In this document: in pieces, positions 7,591-17,693 of the stretch
Position numbering within the stretch: the first letter of the stretch is position 1
How the letters are laid out: every line of letters begins with the position of its first letter
Source: Cryomorphaceae bacterium
GTDB lineage: Bacteria; Bacteroidota; Bacteroidia; Flavobacteriales; UBA7312
Assembly: GCA_042091225.1 (NCBI GenBank)
Contig: JBELHW010000005.1
Span: 3,712 to 67,711, forward strand
Reading direction: 5' to 3'
Length of the DNA stretch: 64,000 nt
Position numbers and translations under genes: made by a program
Notes under the pieces: model-generated
The model's database searches: none
What the model was told of the DNA's origin: nothing
The model's input: only the letters and a program-made list of their open reading frames with translations

Positions 7591-9171
7591 ATGAAAAAAT
7601 TTTTAATTATTATTTGTTGGATTATTACTCCAACTTTAGTTTTTAGTCAAAATAGTTTCACATTTAATCATTCTTGGCATAACGATTTTCAAAAAGAATT
7701 TCATGCCATAGACTCTAGTCACCATACTTCTATTAAAGCCCATTTTAATCTAGATCAAAACGTTAACTCATCAATTCAGCCATTTTCTTTTAAGTCACCA
7801 TTGCTAAATAGAATGTTAAATTCTGATGCGTTGCGTCTCGAAACAGACGATTTCGATTTAATTATAAATCCACTTTTTCATTTCGAAACAGGAAATTCCG
7901 ATTCTGCTAGTCGATATATTAATACAAGAGCTTTTGAAGTAAAAGGAAGAGTTGGCACCAAGATTTCTTTTTACTCTTCTTTTTATGAAAACCAGGCTGT
8001 TTTTCCAGACTACTTAGAAGATGCTATTGTAAACAACTATTTTGTTGTTCCTGGACAAGGGTATTCGAAATGGGGGAATCATGATATCAATCCTGATTTC
8101 GATTTTGCTATGTCAAATGGGCTATTGAGCTATCAGGCTGATAAATATTTTAATCTTCAATTTGGTCATGGAAAAAACTTTATTGGAGATGGTTATCGTT
8201 CTCTTTTGCTTTCAGATAATTCATTTAATTATCCTTTTTTTAAAATAACAACTAATTTTTGGAAAGTAAAGTATGTCAATATTTTCTCTGTTTTACAAGA
8301 CCTAAGGCCTGAGTATGAAATCGAAAATACATTTAGAAAAAAATATAGTACAACACACTATTTGAGTATAAACATAACAAAGAAATGGAATTTAGGATTA
8401 TTCGAGACTATTATTTGGGAGCAGTCTGAAACAGGAAGAGGGTTTGATATAAATTATTTAAACCCTGTTATTTTTTATAGACCAGTTGAATTTTCATTAG
8501 GTTCTGCATCAGGAAATGCACTTATTGGCTTAAATACTAAGTATAAATTAAATAACTCAGCTCATTTGTATGGTCAATTATTATTAGACGAATTCAGATT
8601 TAGTGAGCTAAAAGCAGCAAAAGGATGGTGGGCAAACAAATATAGTTATCAGCTAGGAGCTAAGTGGTTTGATGCCTTAGGCGTTAAAAACCTTACTCTA
8701 CAGTCAGAATATAACTTCTCTCGCCCTTTCACCTATTCTCATTTGAATCCTTTACAAAGTTATACTCATTATAATCAGGCCTTAGCTCATCCATTGGGGG
8801 CAAGTTTTATGGAGTCAGTTTCTTTTTTGAGATACAGATATAAAAGATGGGCTATCGATTCTAAAATCATTTTTGCAAAACATGGAGGGAATATTCCAGG
8901 CGATCCTACTAACTACGGAAACGATATTTTAACGTCATATGCTGAAGGAGATAGATTAGAGTATGGAAATGAGGTCGCTCAAGGAAATACTACAAATTTA
9001 TCTATTGTTGACCTCAGATTAGCTTACATTTTAAATCCAACAACCAATATGAAAATTGAGATTGGAATAAGTAAACGAGAATCAAAATCTTTGTATTTAC
9101 CAGAAAGTAAAACCAACTATTTGTTTTTATCTTTCAAAACTGATATTAATAATTATTATTATGACTTTTAA
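7591..9171 (+). CDS. secreted/outer-membrane protein of unknown function (possibly Wzi/RemB-like capsule-associated OMP)
   Basis: Signal peptide MKKFLIIICWIITPTLVFSQ. The sequence is rich in aromatic/alternating beta-strand-like segments and has a C-terminal aromatic residue (..YYYDF). It abuts the GT4 gene with no gap. The family assignment is a guess. Confidence 0.55.
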   Translation: MKKFLIIICWIITPTLVFSQNSFTFNHSWHNDFQKEFHAIDSSHHTSIKAHFNLDQNVNSSIQPFSFKSPLLNRMLNSDALRLETDDFDLIINPLFHFETGNSDSASRYINTRAFEVKGRVGTKISFYSSFYENQAVFPDYLEDAIVNNYFVVPGQGYSKWGNHDINPDFDFAMSNGLLSYQADKYFNLQFGHGKNFIGDGYRSLLLSDNSFNYPFFKITTNFWKVKYVNIFSVLQDLRPEYEIENTFRKKYSTTHYLSINITKKWNLGLFETIIWEQSETGRGFDINYLNPVIFYRPVEFSLGSASGNALIGLNTKYKLNNSAHLYGQLLLDEFRFSELKAAKGWWANKYSYQLGAKWFDALGVKNLTLQSEYNFSRPFTYSHLNPLQSYTHYNQALAHPLGASFMESVSFLRYRYKRWAIDSKIIFAKHGGNIPGDPTNYGNDILTSYAEGDRLEYGNEVAQGNTTNLSIVDLRLAYILNPTTNMKIEIGISKRESKSLYLPESKTNYLFLSFKTDINNYYYDF

Positions 9172-9235
9172 ATAGAGCAACAATTACTTATATTTATATC
9201 CTTGATCTTGAATTAACTTTTTATTTACAAAAACT

Positions 9236-12200
9236 ATGAAATTCATTACATCCAAATTTTTAATTTTTATTGTGCTTTTGTCTTCATCACAATTTCTTTT
9301 TTCTCAAGACACAACATTTGTTCAGACCCTAACATTTGACTCAATAACTACAAGAACGGGGGTATGGACATTTCTTGATGATGAAACAACTTACAGGAAA
9401 ATTTTGATGAACTACACCCTTAAGTGCGACCCTCAAACATCTACAGATCAGTACGACTGTGGCGAATGGGATTATAGCACCACAACTTTTTTAACCGAAT
9501 ATACTGGAGTTTATGATTCTATTATTAGAGAACATGCCAGATATGAATTTGGAGGTCAAGCATTTGATACTATAGCTTATATTAACTCTCCATATTACAA
9601 TTATTCCCGGTCGTTTCAATATTTCCCGAATTATAACAATACTATTTCAGAATTAGATTATACTTTAGGCAATCAATCATCTACAAATGATAAATTATTT
9701 GGCTCTTCATCGGAGTCTGTTATTTCTCAAATTGTATGGACAGCAGAAGAATTAACAAATGCAGGATTGCAGGCCGGACAAATTGATAAATTAAGGTTTG
9801 ATATATCTTCAGTAGGGAGTAATTTAAATCATTTAATTATTTCTATGAAGCATAGTGATTTGGACTCTTTAACTTCCTTTGATTCTAGCAATGGCTTTCA
9901 ACAAGTATATAATTTCAACACGTCATTTAACCCGGGTGTTCAGACTTTAGATTTGTTTTCTCCATTTGATTGGGATGGGTCGTCAAATATTTTGATGGAG
10001 CTAAGCTTTTATAATGACACATTAAATCCTAATTATAACCCAGAAGATAATCTAGTATTATCATCACAGACTAACTCTGATATGGTAGCTTTTACTAACA
10101 ATAGAGATGGTTATTTGCAAATTACTAGTGGAGAGCAAATTGATGTAGCTTTAGATAATGTTGATTTTGGTAATGAAGTATCCGTATCATTTTGGGCACA
10201 GGGAAATGCAGAGGTTTTGCCTTTAAACACATACCTTTTTGAAGGTTTTGATACTGACGGTGCGAGAAGAATTAATTGTCATTTTCCATGGAGTAATAAT
10301 AGAATTTATTGGGATGCAGGCTTAGGATCGGGCTCAGGAAGTAGAATAGATAAGGCTATTGTAGATGGTGAAATAACAGATGAATGGACTCATTGGGCGT
10401 TTGCAAAAAATGCTACAACTGGGGTTATGAATATTTTTAAAAATGGCCAATTATGGCATACAGGATCAGGCAAGTTTGATCCTATTTCTACCGTTTCTAT
10501 TTTAAGAATTGCACAAAACTCTTTGTGGGATGGAAAGCTAGATGAGTTTAGGGTTTGGAAAAAATCTTTAGAACAAGAGAATATTGTTGCTTGGATGAAT
10601 GCCCCATTAAATAATACCCATCCGTTTTACAGTGATCTCGTTTTATATTATGATTTTAACGATGCAGGAGTTGTTTTAGATAAATCTATAAACGGATTTG
10701 ATGGAGCTCCTACCAACGAAAATATGATTCAATTTCATAACTCATCCGATCAAATACACGATGTTAATCTTTCATCTAACAGACCTGATGTGACTTTTGT
10801 TCAGGGGGAATATGTTTCAGAAACAGATTCAGTTCTAGTCATGGATTCAATTTTAGTAAATCCTATTTCATTGTCTGAGTTTAGTCTTGGTGACGGATAT
10901 TTTAACATTCTTAATTTAAGTTATCATTTTCCAGTAGGTTGGTCGTATACAACAGATCCAAATGGAAATAATATTGATAGCGTGTTTAATGATGCTCAAG
11001 CTACTATTTATAATGATACTATTCATTACTATGATGAGCCATTCGAATTGGTTAATAGATACGAATTAGGGCGATTTATTACTCCATACGGCTTAGGTCT
11101 TGACCTAGGAGATGGTTTCCGTTGGGTTTATGATGTAACTGACTTTGCTCATTTATTAAAAGGAGATGTTAGATTAACTTCCCCAAACACTTCAGAGTTA
11201 GTTGATTTGAGTTTTGATTTTATTCATGGAACACCAGCTAGACCTGTTCACAAGGTTTCAAATGTTTGGGATGTTAATTCTGGAGGCCCGGTTTGGACAG
11301 GATATAACTACAGAGACTTAGATGATGACCTTTATTTATTTAACACCGAAGTAAGCCTTGAACCAGAAACAAGATTTGCAAAACTTAAAACCATTATTAC
11401 TGGCCATGGCCACAATAGTACTAACGGATCGTATCCACATTGCTGTGAGTGGAAAGACAATACACATTACCTTTATGCAAACGGTAACCAAATTGCTGAT
11501 TGGCATATTTGGCAAACAACAGAATGCGCATTAAATCCTGTATTTCCTCAAGGTGGCACATGGCCTGGGGCTAGAGAAGGTTGGTGTCCTGGTGATGTAG
11601 TTAAGGGTGCTGAATTTGAATTAACACCATATATTCAGCCTGGAAATACGATCGAGCTAGATTATGACATTACTCCAGTTCCGGCAAACAATTTAGGAAT
11701 GGGTAGCGGTAGATATGACATGACAATGCATATGGTAGAATACGGCGATGCTAACTTCGAAATAGATGCTGAAATTTATGATGTGATATCTCCAAATAAT
11801 TGGGAATATGTTTCTAGAAAGAATACAATTTGTAATGGAATTCAATTTGTATTAAGAAATGGTGGAACCTCAGAACTAACTTCTGCACGCATTACTTTTC
11901 AAGTTTCTGGAGGAACTCCATTTATATATGAATGGGAAGGCAACTTAAAGTTTATGGAATCACAAATTGTGACGGTTAATGTTGACAATGCAGAATTTTG
12001 GTTAGGAGATCAATCTAATCTCTTTACTATTACAGTTAGCGATCCTAACAATACTTTAGATGAATACGCAGGCAACAACACCTTCATCACTAAATTTGAT
12101 ATGCCAGATGTTTATGATAGCAAGGTTGCGCTAAGGTATCGCACAAATAATATTCCGTCTGATAACTCTGTTACCGTTGTTGATTTATACGGAAACATTG

Positions 12201-12685
12201 TATATTCAAATAATAATTTGGCGCCTAACACATTGTATTATGACACTTTAGACGTTACTAACGGATGTTATTCTTTAAAAGTTTTAGACACAGGAAATGA
12301 CGGCTTTTCCTATTGGGCCTATCCTGATCAAGGAAGCGGCTTTTTTCAAGTTAGACCATTATCAGGACCATTGACTAGCTTTGAGCCTGAGTTTGGTAGA
12401 GAAATTAACTATTCGTTTGTAATAGGAGGATTTACAAACGTAATTGAGAACAAAAGTTTAGAGCTATTGGTGTTTCCAAACCCAACTTCAAACTTCATAA
12501 ATTTGGAAAGTAATCTTTTAATTGAAGAGTATAAATTAATTGATATTTCTGGAAGAGTTCTTCAATCGGAAAAACTAAATGATTACAACACTATTTTAGA
12601 TGTTTCTAGTTATAGTGATGGAATTTATTTTATTGATTTAAAAAGTAAAGACCAGAGAATTCGAAAGAAAATTGTAAAACAATAA
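9236..12685 (+). CDS. secreted LamG-domain / peptide-N-glycosidase-F-related protein with T9SS C-terminal domain
   Basis: Signal peptide present. LamG-like segment about nt 10088-10570 (WTHWAF...GKLDEFRVWKKSL). PNGase-F-like motifs are YRKILMNYTLKCDP..CGEWDY (N-term), ITPYGLGLDLGDGFRWVYDVTDF, ITGHGHN..HCCEWKDNTHYLYANG and NPVFPQGGTWPGAREGWCPGDVV. The CTD reads LLVFPNPTSNFINLES...GIYFIDLKS. Confidence 0.7.
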   Translation: MKFITSKFLIFIVLLSSSQFLFSQDTTFVQTLTFDSITTRTGVWTFLDDETTYRKILMNYTLKCDPQTSTDQYDCGEWDYSTTTFLTEYTGVYDSIIREHARYEFGGQAFDTIAYINSPYYNYSRSFQYFPNYNNTISELDYTLGNQSSTNDKLFGSSSESVISQIVWTAEELTNAGLQAGQIDKLRFDISSVGSNLNHLIISMKHSDLDSLTSFDSSNGFQQVYNFNTSFNPGVQTLDLFSPFDWDGSSNILMELSFYNDTLNPNYNPEDNLVLSSQTNSDMVAFTNNRDGYLQITSGEQIDVALDNVDFGNEVSVSFWAQGNAEVLPLNTYLFEGFDTDGARRINCHFPWSNNRIYWDAGLGSGSGSRIDKAIVDGEITDEWTHWAFAKNATTGVMNIFKNGQLWHTGSGKFDPISTVSILRIAQNSLWDGKLDEFRVWKKSLEQENIVAWMNAPLNNTHPFYSDLVLYYDFNDAGVVLDKSINGFDGAPTNENMIQFHNSSDQIHDVNLSSNRPDVTFVQGEYVSETDSVLVMDSILVNPISLSEFSLGDGYFNILNLSYHFPVGWSYTTDPNGNNIDSVFNDAQATIYNDTIHYYDEPFELVNRYELGRFITPYGLGLDLGDGFRWVYDVTDFAHLLKGDVRLTSPNTSELVDLSFDFIHGTPARPVHKVSNVWDVNSGGPVWTGYNYRDLDDDLYLFNTEVSLEPETRFAKLKTIITGHGHNSTNGSYPHCCEWKDNTHYLYANGNQIADWHIWQTTECALNPVFPQGGTWPGAREGWCPGDVVKGAEFELTPYIQPGNTIELDYDITPVPANNLGMGSGRYDMTMHMVEYGDANFEIDAEIYDVISPNNWEYVSRKNTICNGIQFVLRNGGTSELTSARITFQVSGGTPFIYEWEGNLKFMESQIVTVNVDNAEFWLGDQSNLFTITVSDPNNTLDEYAGNNTFITKFDMPDVYDSKVALRYRTNNIPSDNSVTVVDLYGNIVYSNNNLAPNTLYYDTLDVTNGCYSLKVLDTGNDGFSYWAYPDQGSGFFQVRPLSGPLTSFEPEFGREINYSFVIGGFTNVIENKSLELLVFPNPTSNFINLESNLLIEEYKLIDISGRVLQSEKLNDYNTILDVSSYSDGIYFIDLKSKDQRIRKKIVKQ

Positions 12686-12691
12686 TTTACT

Positions 12692-12720
12692 AAAAGGTCA
12701 ACTATTGAGTTGACCTTTTT
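12692..12720 (+). terminator. rho-independent terminator
   Basis: aaaaggtcaac (12692-12702) pairs perfectly with gttgacctttt (12709-12719). The loop is 6 nt and the T-run reaches 12720. It lies 7 nt after the stop codon at 12685. Confidence 0.7.
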
Positions 12721-12742
12721 GGTAAATAGACTTTGGAACAAA

Positions 12743-13810
12743 ATGAAAAGTAAAATAAGAGTGTTTTTAGGTGCGTTTGTTAATGTTCCTAACGCTCAAA
12801 ATTTAAATTGTAAATCTATAGCTGAACATTTAGACAAGTCTAGATTTAATGTACATACGCTTAGCACTTATTCTTTTCCAAAGATACATATAGACAAGGT
12901 TACAATTCATAACTGTTTTTGGCCTCATCGACTCTCTGTTTATTGGGTTTTTTTTGTGCAAATTATTATGGCAGAGGTAGTTTATTTACCTAAAGGAAAT
13001 CATTTAAATTTCACTTCTTTTTTATGTAAACTTTTTAATAAAAAAAGCATGACAACTATAGAAGGCATTTTTGATGACCAAGCAACTAAAAATGCGCAAA
13101 GAATTAGTGGTAAAAACTTCGTTAAATATTACCATAGATTTAGCAAAAGATTTTCTATTACTAAATTCATGAAAGGATATAATTTTGAAAATCATGGCTT
13201 AGAAACTGCTCCTGAAATTTTATATTTAGGCGTAGAGTCCAAGTTGTTTGAAAGTATAAAGTCACGTCGATCTGAGCTTAAACAAATTATAATGGTAGGA
13301 AACGATTTATTAAGAAAAGGAGTTTTCGATTATATTGAGCTTTCGCACCAGTTTCCAGACCTACAATTTCATTTAGTCGGATCTGGTAATGGAAAAATAG
13401 ATATTGAAAATGAATTAAAAAAAAGAAAGTTAAACAACTTTATTTTTCATGGATTTATTAACCAGGATGAAATAGTGAAATTATTAGCAAAAGTGCAGTT
13501 GCATATATTGCCATCAAAATCTGAAGGTTTTCCTAAAGTAATTTTAGAAAATGCTTGTGCGGGGATTCCTTCGATTGTCTATAATGACTATGGGGCTCAA
13601 GAGTGGATAACCAATAGAGCGAATGGTTTTGTTGTTTCCGATTTAAACGAGATAGTTGAAACAATTCATTTACTTAAAAATAATCCTGATTTATTGACAA
13701 AAGTATCCATTGATTCTATAGAGTTAGGGCGCTCGTTCGATTGGTCTGTTAAAATTAAATTTTGGGAGAAACAATTTAGTAAATTATATTCTTTCAGATT
13801 GGATAAGTAA
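12743..13810 (+). CDS. glycosyltransferase family 1 (GT4-type, retaining)
   Basis: The C-terminal motif SKSEGFPKVILENACAGIPSIV...GFVV is characteristic of GT1-family enzymes. The track start (TTG 12710) lies inside the upstream terminator hairpin, so I use ATG 12743 (MKSKIRVFLG...). Confidence 0.8.
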   Translation: MKSKIRVFLGAFVNVPNAQNLNCKSIAEHLDKSRFNVHTLSTYSFPKIHIDKVTIHNCFWPHRLSVYWVFFVQIIMAEVVYLPKGNHLNFTSFLCKLFNKKSMTTIEGIFDDQATKNAQRISGKNFVKYYHRFSKRFSITKFMKGYNFENHGLETAPEILYLGVESKLFESIKSRRSELKQIIMVGNDLLRKGVFDYIELSHQFPDLQFHLVGSGNGKIDIENELKKRKLNNFIFHGFINQDEIVKLLAKVQLHILPSKSEGFPKVILENACAGIPSIVYNDYGAQEWITNRANGFVVSDLNEIVETIHLLKNNPDLLTKVSIDSIELGRSFDWSVKIKFWEKQFSKLYSFRLDK

Positions 13811-13878
13811 GAATTCTAGAAGCTATGTTTCATCAAACAAATATAAATCTTAAATTTGAAGCTCTAAATCTCAAGTGT

Positions 13879-14949
13879 ATGTTAAAAAAAGTTTATTTTT
13901 TTTATATTTTTTTATTAAGTATTTGTCCACTTTTTGTTTTTGCTCAAATTCCGCTTAGTATTTCCGATTTAGATTTTTCGTCCGATGATAGTTTTGATAA
14001 TTGGACTCATAATGGAGAGAGTTTTTTTGTTGTGCCAGTTCAATTAAATGAATACGTAGCGTTAGAAAAAATTGAATTTAATATTAACTATAATCCCAAT
14101 ATAATTTCACCAGTTTCTAATGCTATTTTAGTTCAAATAAACCAGCAAGAATTTTTAAACAATCAGAATGTTGCTAGCCATAGTTTATTAAATAATGGCA
14201 CTTTAGGTTTAGAAACTTTTAATGGCGGCTCTCAGCTTGAAATGTTAACCTTTTCATATTTGTCTAACTCGAGTTTTTCTGAAAACGAATATCAAGATCA
14301 AAATGGGACTCTTGTTTACCTTGCTTTTACTAAGCAAGACCCTTGCTATGAAGGGCCTATTCTTTTTCAGTTTACAAACGGAGAGAGTGAAGGAGTTTTT
14401 TTAAACCCAAATCAAACTTCAGCAGTATCTATTAACGATAGTTTTACTACAGAGAATAATTTAATTTTTTCTATCGACGGTTCTGTTTTATTCAACATTT
14501 TAACCATAGATTTAGTCGATCAAGAGTCTTTTTTTAGTGTAAATATTACAGATGGGCTATCTCCTTACTCGTATAATTGGACTAATAAATTAGGAGAAAC
14601 TTTGTCTTCAGACTCTCTTTTTTACCCTAACGAATCAGGAGATTACTTAGTTTATGTAAGCGATTCTAGTCAATGTGTTTCTTCTCTTTATTTTAGTTTT
14701 GAGCAGCCTTCTACAGTTGAAGAATTTTTTAATTTAAACATATGGCCAAATCCGTTTACTAATCACATTAACATTAACTCTAATTTAAGCGTTGATTATA
14801 GCCTATTTGATACAAACGGAAGAATAGTTTCTCAATCAAACAACATAGAGAGCATAAAAATTTCTACACAGACTTTAAAAGCTGGAGTTTATTTTTTGAA
14901 AATTAGTAATTCGACTAAAACTAGAGTTTTTAAATTAATATCTAATTAA
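13879..14949 (+). CDS. secreted protein with SprB-type repeat and T9SS C-terminal domain
   Basis: I prefer ATG 13879 (MLKKVYFFYIFLLSICPLFVFAQ signal peptide) over 13825. The segment DGLSPYSYNWTN...GDYLVYVSDSSQC resembles an SprB repeat. The CTD reads NIWPNPFTNHININS...GVYFLKISN. Confidence 0.7.
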   Translation: MLKKVYFFYIFLLSICPLFVFAQIPLSISDLDFSSDDSFDNWTHNGESFFVVPVQLNEYVALEKIEFNINYNPNIISPVSNAILVQINQQEFLNNQNVASHSLLNNGTLGLETFNGGSQLEMLTFSYLSNSSFSENEYQDQNGTLVYLAFTKQDPCYEGPILFQFTNGESEGVFLNPNQTSAVSINDSFTTENNLIFSIDGSVLFNILTIDLVDQESFFSVNITDGLSPYSYNWTNKLGETLSSDSLFYPNESGDYLVYVSDSSQCVSSLYFSFEQPSTVEEFFNLNIWPNPFTNHININSNLSVDYSLFDTNGRIVSQSNNIESIKISTQTLKAGVYFLKISNSTKTRVFKLISN

Positions 14950-17192
14950 TGAAGCTATATTTTACATTAATATTGTTATCAGTTTTTTCTTTTTTTGGAA
15001 AATCACAAAACCTTTATAATTCCAACTCTACAACCCTTATTGAAATCTATTTTTCTCAACAGGATTGGAACGAGCAATTAATTGATTTTTATTTAGCAGA
15101 TTTAGACCAAAGACTTTTAGCAGATTCTGTTGTGATAAATGGTTCTGTAAAAGATAGTGTAGGTATAAAGTATAAAGGAAATAGTACTTTTAGCGAAAGC
15201 AATGCAAAAAATCCAATAAACATTTCTTTGGATTATATTCAAGACAATCAAGACTATCAAGGTTTTAGAACATTGAAGCTTTCCAATGGTAAAAATGATC
15301 CATCATTTTTAAGAGAGGTTTTGTCTTATGAAATTGCAAGAAAATATATGACTGCTCCAGAGTCGAATCATGCAAAAGTTTATATTAATGACGTTTTTCA
15401 TGGAATGTATGTAAGCTCAGAGGCGATTAATAGAGATTTTCAAAATGATCATCTTTATTCAGATAAAGAAAACTCAAGGTTTAAATGTAATCCAGTTTCT
15501 GTTTTTGATGGAAACGGTTCTTCCTTAGAATTTCTAGGAAACGACTCTTCTTCTTATTATGATTTTTACGAATTAAAAACAGACTACAGTTGGCAAGATA
15601 TTATAGACTTGACTTTTTATATCGAAAATAATGCTTCAAATATAGAGTCCATTTTAAATATTGATAGAGTTATTTGGATGTTGGCTTTTAATAATGTTTT
15701 AGTAAATCTAGATAGTTATACTGGTCCGTTTCGACAGAATTATTATTTGATTAAGGATAACTTTAATGTAATAAATCCAATTGTTTGGGATTTAAACGAA
15801 TCTTTGGGAGGATTTTCTATGGTAGAAGTCGGAGGTGGAGGACCACCACAACAAACTAACCTAGCTCAATTAGATTTATTCCTAAGAGAAAATGATAGTC
15901 AGTGGCCATTAATAAATTTAGTTTTTGACAATCCTACCTACCGTAGAATGTATCTCGCTCATGTAAAAACTATTTTAAATGAAAATTTCACAAACGATTG
16001 GTACTCAAATCGTGGATTGGAACTTCAGAATATCATTTCACAAGATGTACAATCTGATCCAAATTCATTTTATTCTCATGCTGATTTTATTTCTAACCTA
16101 AACAATAGCGTTCAATCTGGAGGGGGTCCGGGCGGTTTAGACATTGGAATAATCGAGTTAATGGATGAAAGGGCCGATTATCTTTCTCAGCAAAATGAAT
16201 TAAATACTAATGCTCCAGTTATAGGAACAATTGCAAGTCAACCAGCAACAATCAGTACTTATTCTAATCCTACCATAAATGTAAATGTTACAAATGCTGA
16301 CAATGTTATTTTTGGCTATAGATTCCGACCAAATGAACACTTTACTAAGTTAGAAATGTTAGATGACGGAATGAGTAATGATGGAGCAGCAGGTGATGGC
16401 ACATACGGTGTAAGCTTAAGCGTGGAAGCTCTAGATATTCAATATTACATATATGCTGAAAATCAAGATGCTGGCATTTTTTCACCTCAAAGAGCAGAAC
16501 ACGAATATCATTCGCTATCAGTTGTGGGAAGTTTGGTAATTAATGAACTTATGGCCTCAAATACCAATGCAGTTGCCGATCTATCTTCAGGAATTGAAGA
16601 GTATGATGATTGGGTTGAACTTTATAATGGAGGAACTCAGACCATTAATTTAGAAGGTTATTATTTGTCCGATAGAGAGGATGCTTTAGACAAATGGCAG
16701 TTTCCAGCCGTTTCTATTGATCCTGATGACTATTTAATAGTTTGGTTAGATGGTGACCAAACGCAAGAAGGGCTTCATACAAGCTTTAAGTTGTCTTCTG
16801 ACGAAGAAGCCTTATTTCTTTCAACATCTAATTTATTTATTGTAGATGCAATTTATTATCAAGACCTTCCTTCCGATATGGGTTATGCTAGATTTGATAA
16901 CGGTACTGGACCATTTCAAATTCAAAATCATACCTTTGATGCTAACAATGGATTTCATACGACAGAAATAAATGAATGGAATAAACCGTTCAAAATTTTT
17001 CCAAATCCAGCAAAAGACTTTTTTACAATAGAAGCAAATGCTAAACAAATAGCTATTAATGACCTTTTAGGTAAAAATTATTTAAATATTTCAAACGTTA
17101 GTTCGAGTGTACGTATAAATACATCTTCATGGCCTAAAGGCTTGTATTTAATAAATATAGATGGAAATACTCAAAAAATAATTATCCAATAG
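14949..17192 (+). CDS. CotH kinase family protein with lamin-tail domain and T9SS C-terminal domain
   Basis: Signal peptide present. CotH-type motifs are IKYKGNSTF, LKLSNGKNDPSFLREVLSYEIARKYM, VNLDSYTGPFRQNYYL and WDLNESLG (about nt 15036-16194). The LTD is LVINELMASNTN..DWVELYNGGTQTINLEGYYLSD (about 16527-16913). The CTD reads FKIFPNPAKDFFTIEA...GLYLINIDG. Its ATG overlaps the upstream stop by 1 nt. Confidence 0.85.
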   Translation: MKLYFTLILLSVFSFFGKSQNLYNSNSTTLIEIYFSQQDWNEQLIDFYLADLDQRLLADSVVINGSVKDSVGIKYKGNSTFSESNAKNPINISLDYIQDNQDYQGFRTLKLSNGKNDPSFLREVLSYEIARKYMTAPESNHAKVYINDVFHGMYVSSEAINRDFQNDHLYSDKENSRFKCNPVSVFDGNGSSLEFLGNDSSSYYDFYELKTDYSWQDIIDLTFYIENNASNIESILNIDRVIWMLAFNNVLVNLDSYTGPFRQNYYLIKDNFNVINPIVWDLNESLGGFSMVEVGGGGPPQQTNLAQLDLFLRENDSQWPLINLVFDNPTYRRMYLAHVKTILNENFTNDWYSNRGLELQNIISQDVQSDPNSFYSHADFISNLNNSVQSGGGPGGLDIGIIELMDERADYLSQQNELNTNAPVIGTIASQPATISTYSNPTINVNVTNADNVIFGYRFRPNEHFTKLEMLDDGMSNDGAAGDGTYGVSLSVEALDIQYYIYAENQDAGIFSPQRAEHEYHSLSVVGSLVINELMASNTNAVADLSSGIEEYDDWVELYNGGTQTINLEGYYLSDREDALDKWQFPAVSIDPDDYLIVWLDGDQTQEGLHTSFKLSSDEEALFLSTSNLFIVDAIYYQDLPSDMGYARFDNGTGPFQIQNHTFDANNGFHTTEINEWNKPFKIFPNPAKDFFTIEANAKQIAINDLLGKNYLNISNVSSSVRINTSSWPKGLYLINIDGNTQKIIIQ

Positions 17193-17693
17193 ATGAAAAA
17201 TACCATATATGTATTCGCTTTAATAATTTTTATTTCTTGCCAAAAGCAAGAAGGTGAAGGAGGAACTTCAGCTATTTACGGCAACTTAGTTACCGTTGAG
17301 GTGCAGCATTTTGATATCCCAGGAAATGAAAGAATAGACACGATAACAGCTCCTTATTTTCATGCAGATCAGGATGTATTTATTATTTATGGAGATAACG
17401 ACAACCTTTATGATGATAATTATAAAACCTCATACGATGGTTCTTTCGGATTTGAATCATTAAGAAAAGGTACTTATACTATTTTTGTTTACTCCGATTG
17501 TGAGTCGGACACAAATGGGCTAGCATCTATATATCAATCCGATCCAGAATATGCTAATCAATTGTCTTCTACAATATGGCATCCCGATTGCGTTTCTGGT
17601 AATTATGCTAAAAAAGTAGAAGTTGAGATTACTGAAAACAATCAGCTTATTAATATTGACGACATTATAAGATTTGATATTGAAAATAACTAA
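17193..17693 (+). CDS. lipoprotein of unknown function
   Basis: Lipobox IIFISC-QKQ. 166 aa with beta-sandwich-like composition (GTYTIFVYSDC). There is no gap after the cotH stop. Confidence 0.6.
   Translation: MKNTIYVFALIIFISCQKQEGEGGTSAIYGNLVTVEVQHFDIPGNERIDTITAPYFHADQDVFIIYGDNDNLYDDNYKTSYDGSFGFESLRKGTYTIFVYSDCESDTNGLASIYQSDPEYANQLSSTIWHPDCVSGNYAKKVEVEITENNQLINIDDIIRFDIENN

Noticed and set aside
12710-12742. TTG-initiated extension of the GT1 gene
   Set aside because: The proposed start sits inside the 3' arm of the upstream terminator hairpin. ATG 12743 is the more plausible start.
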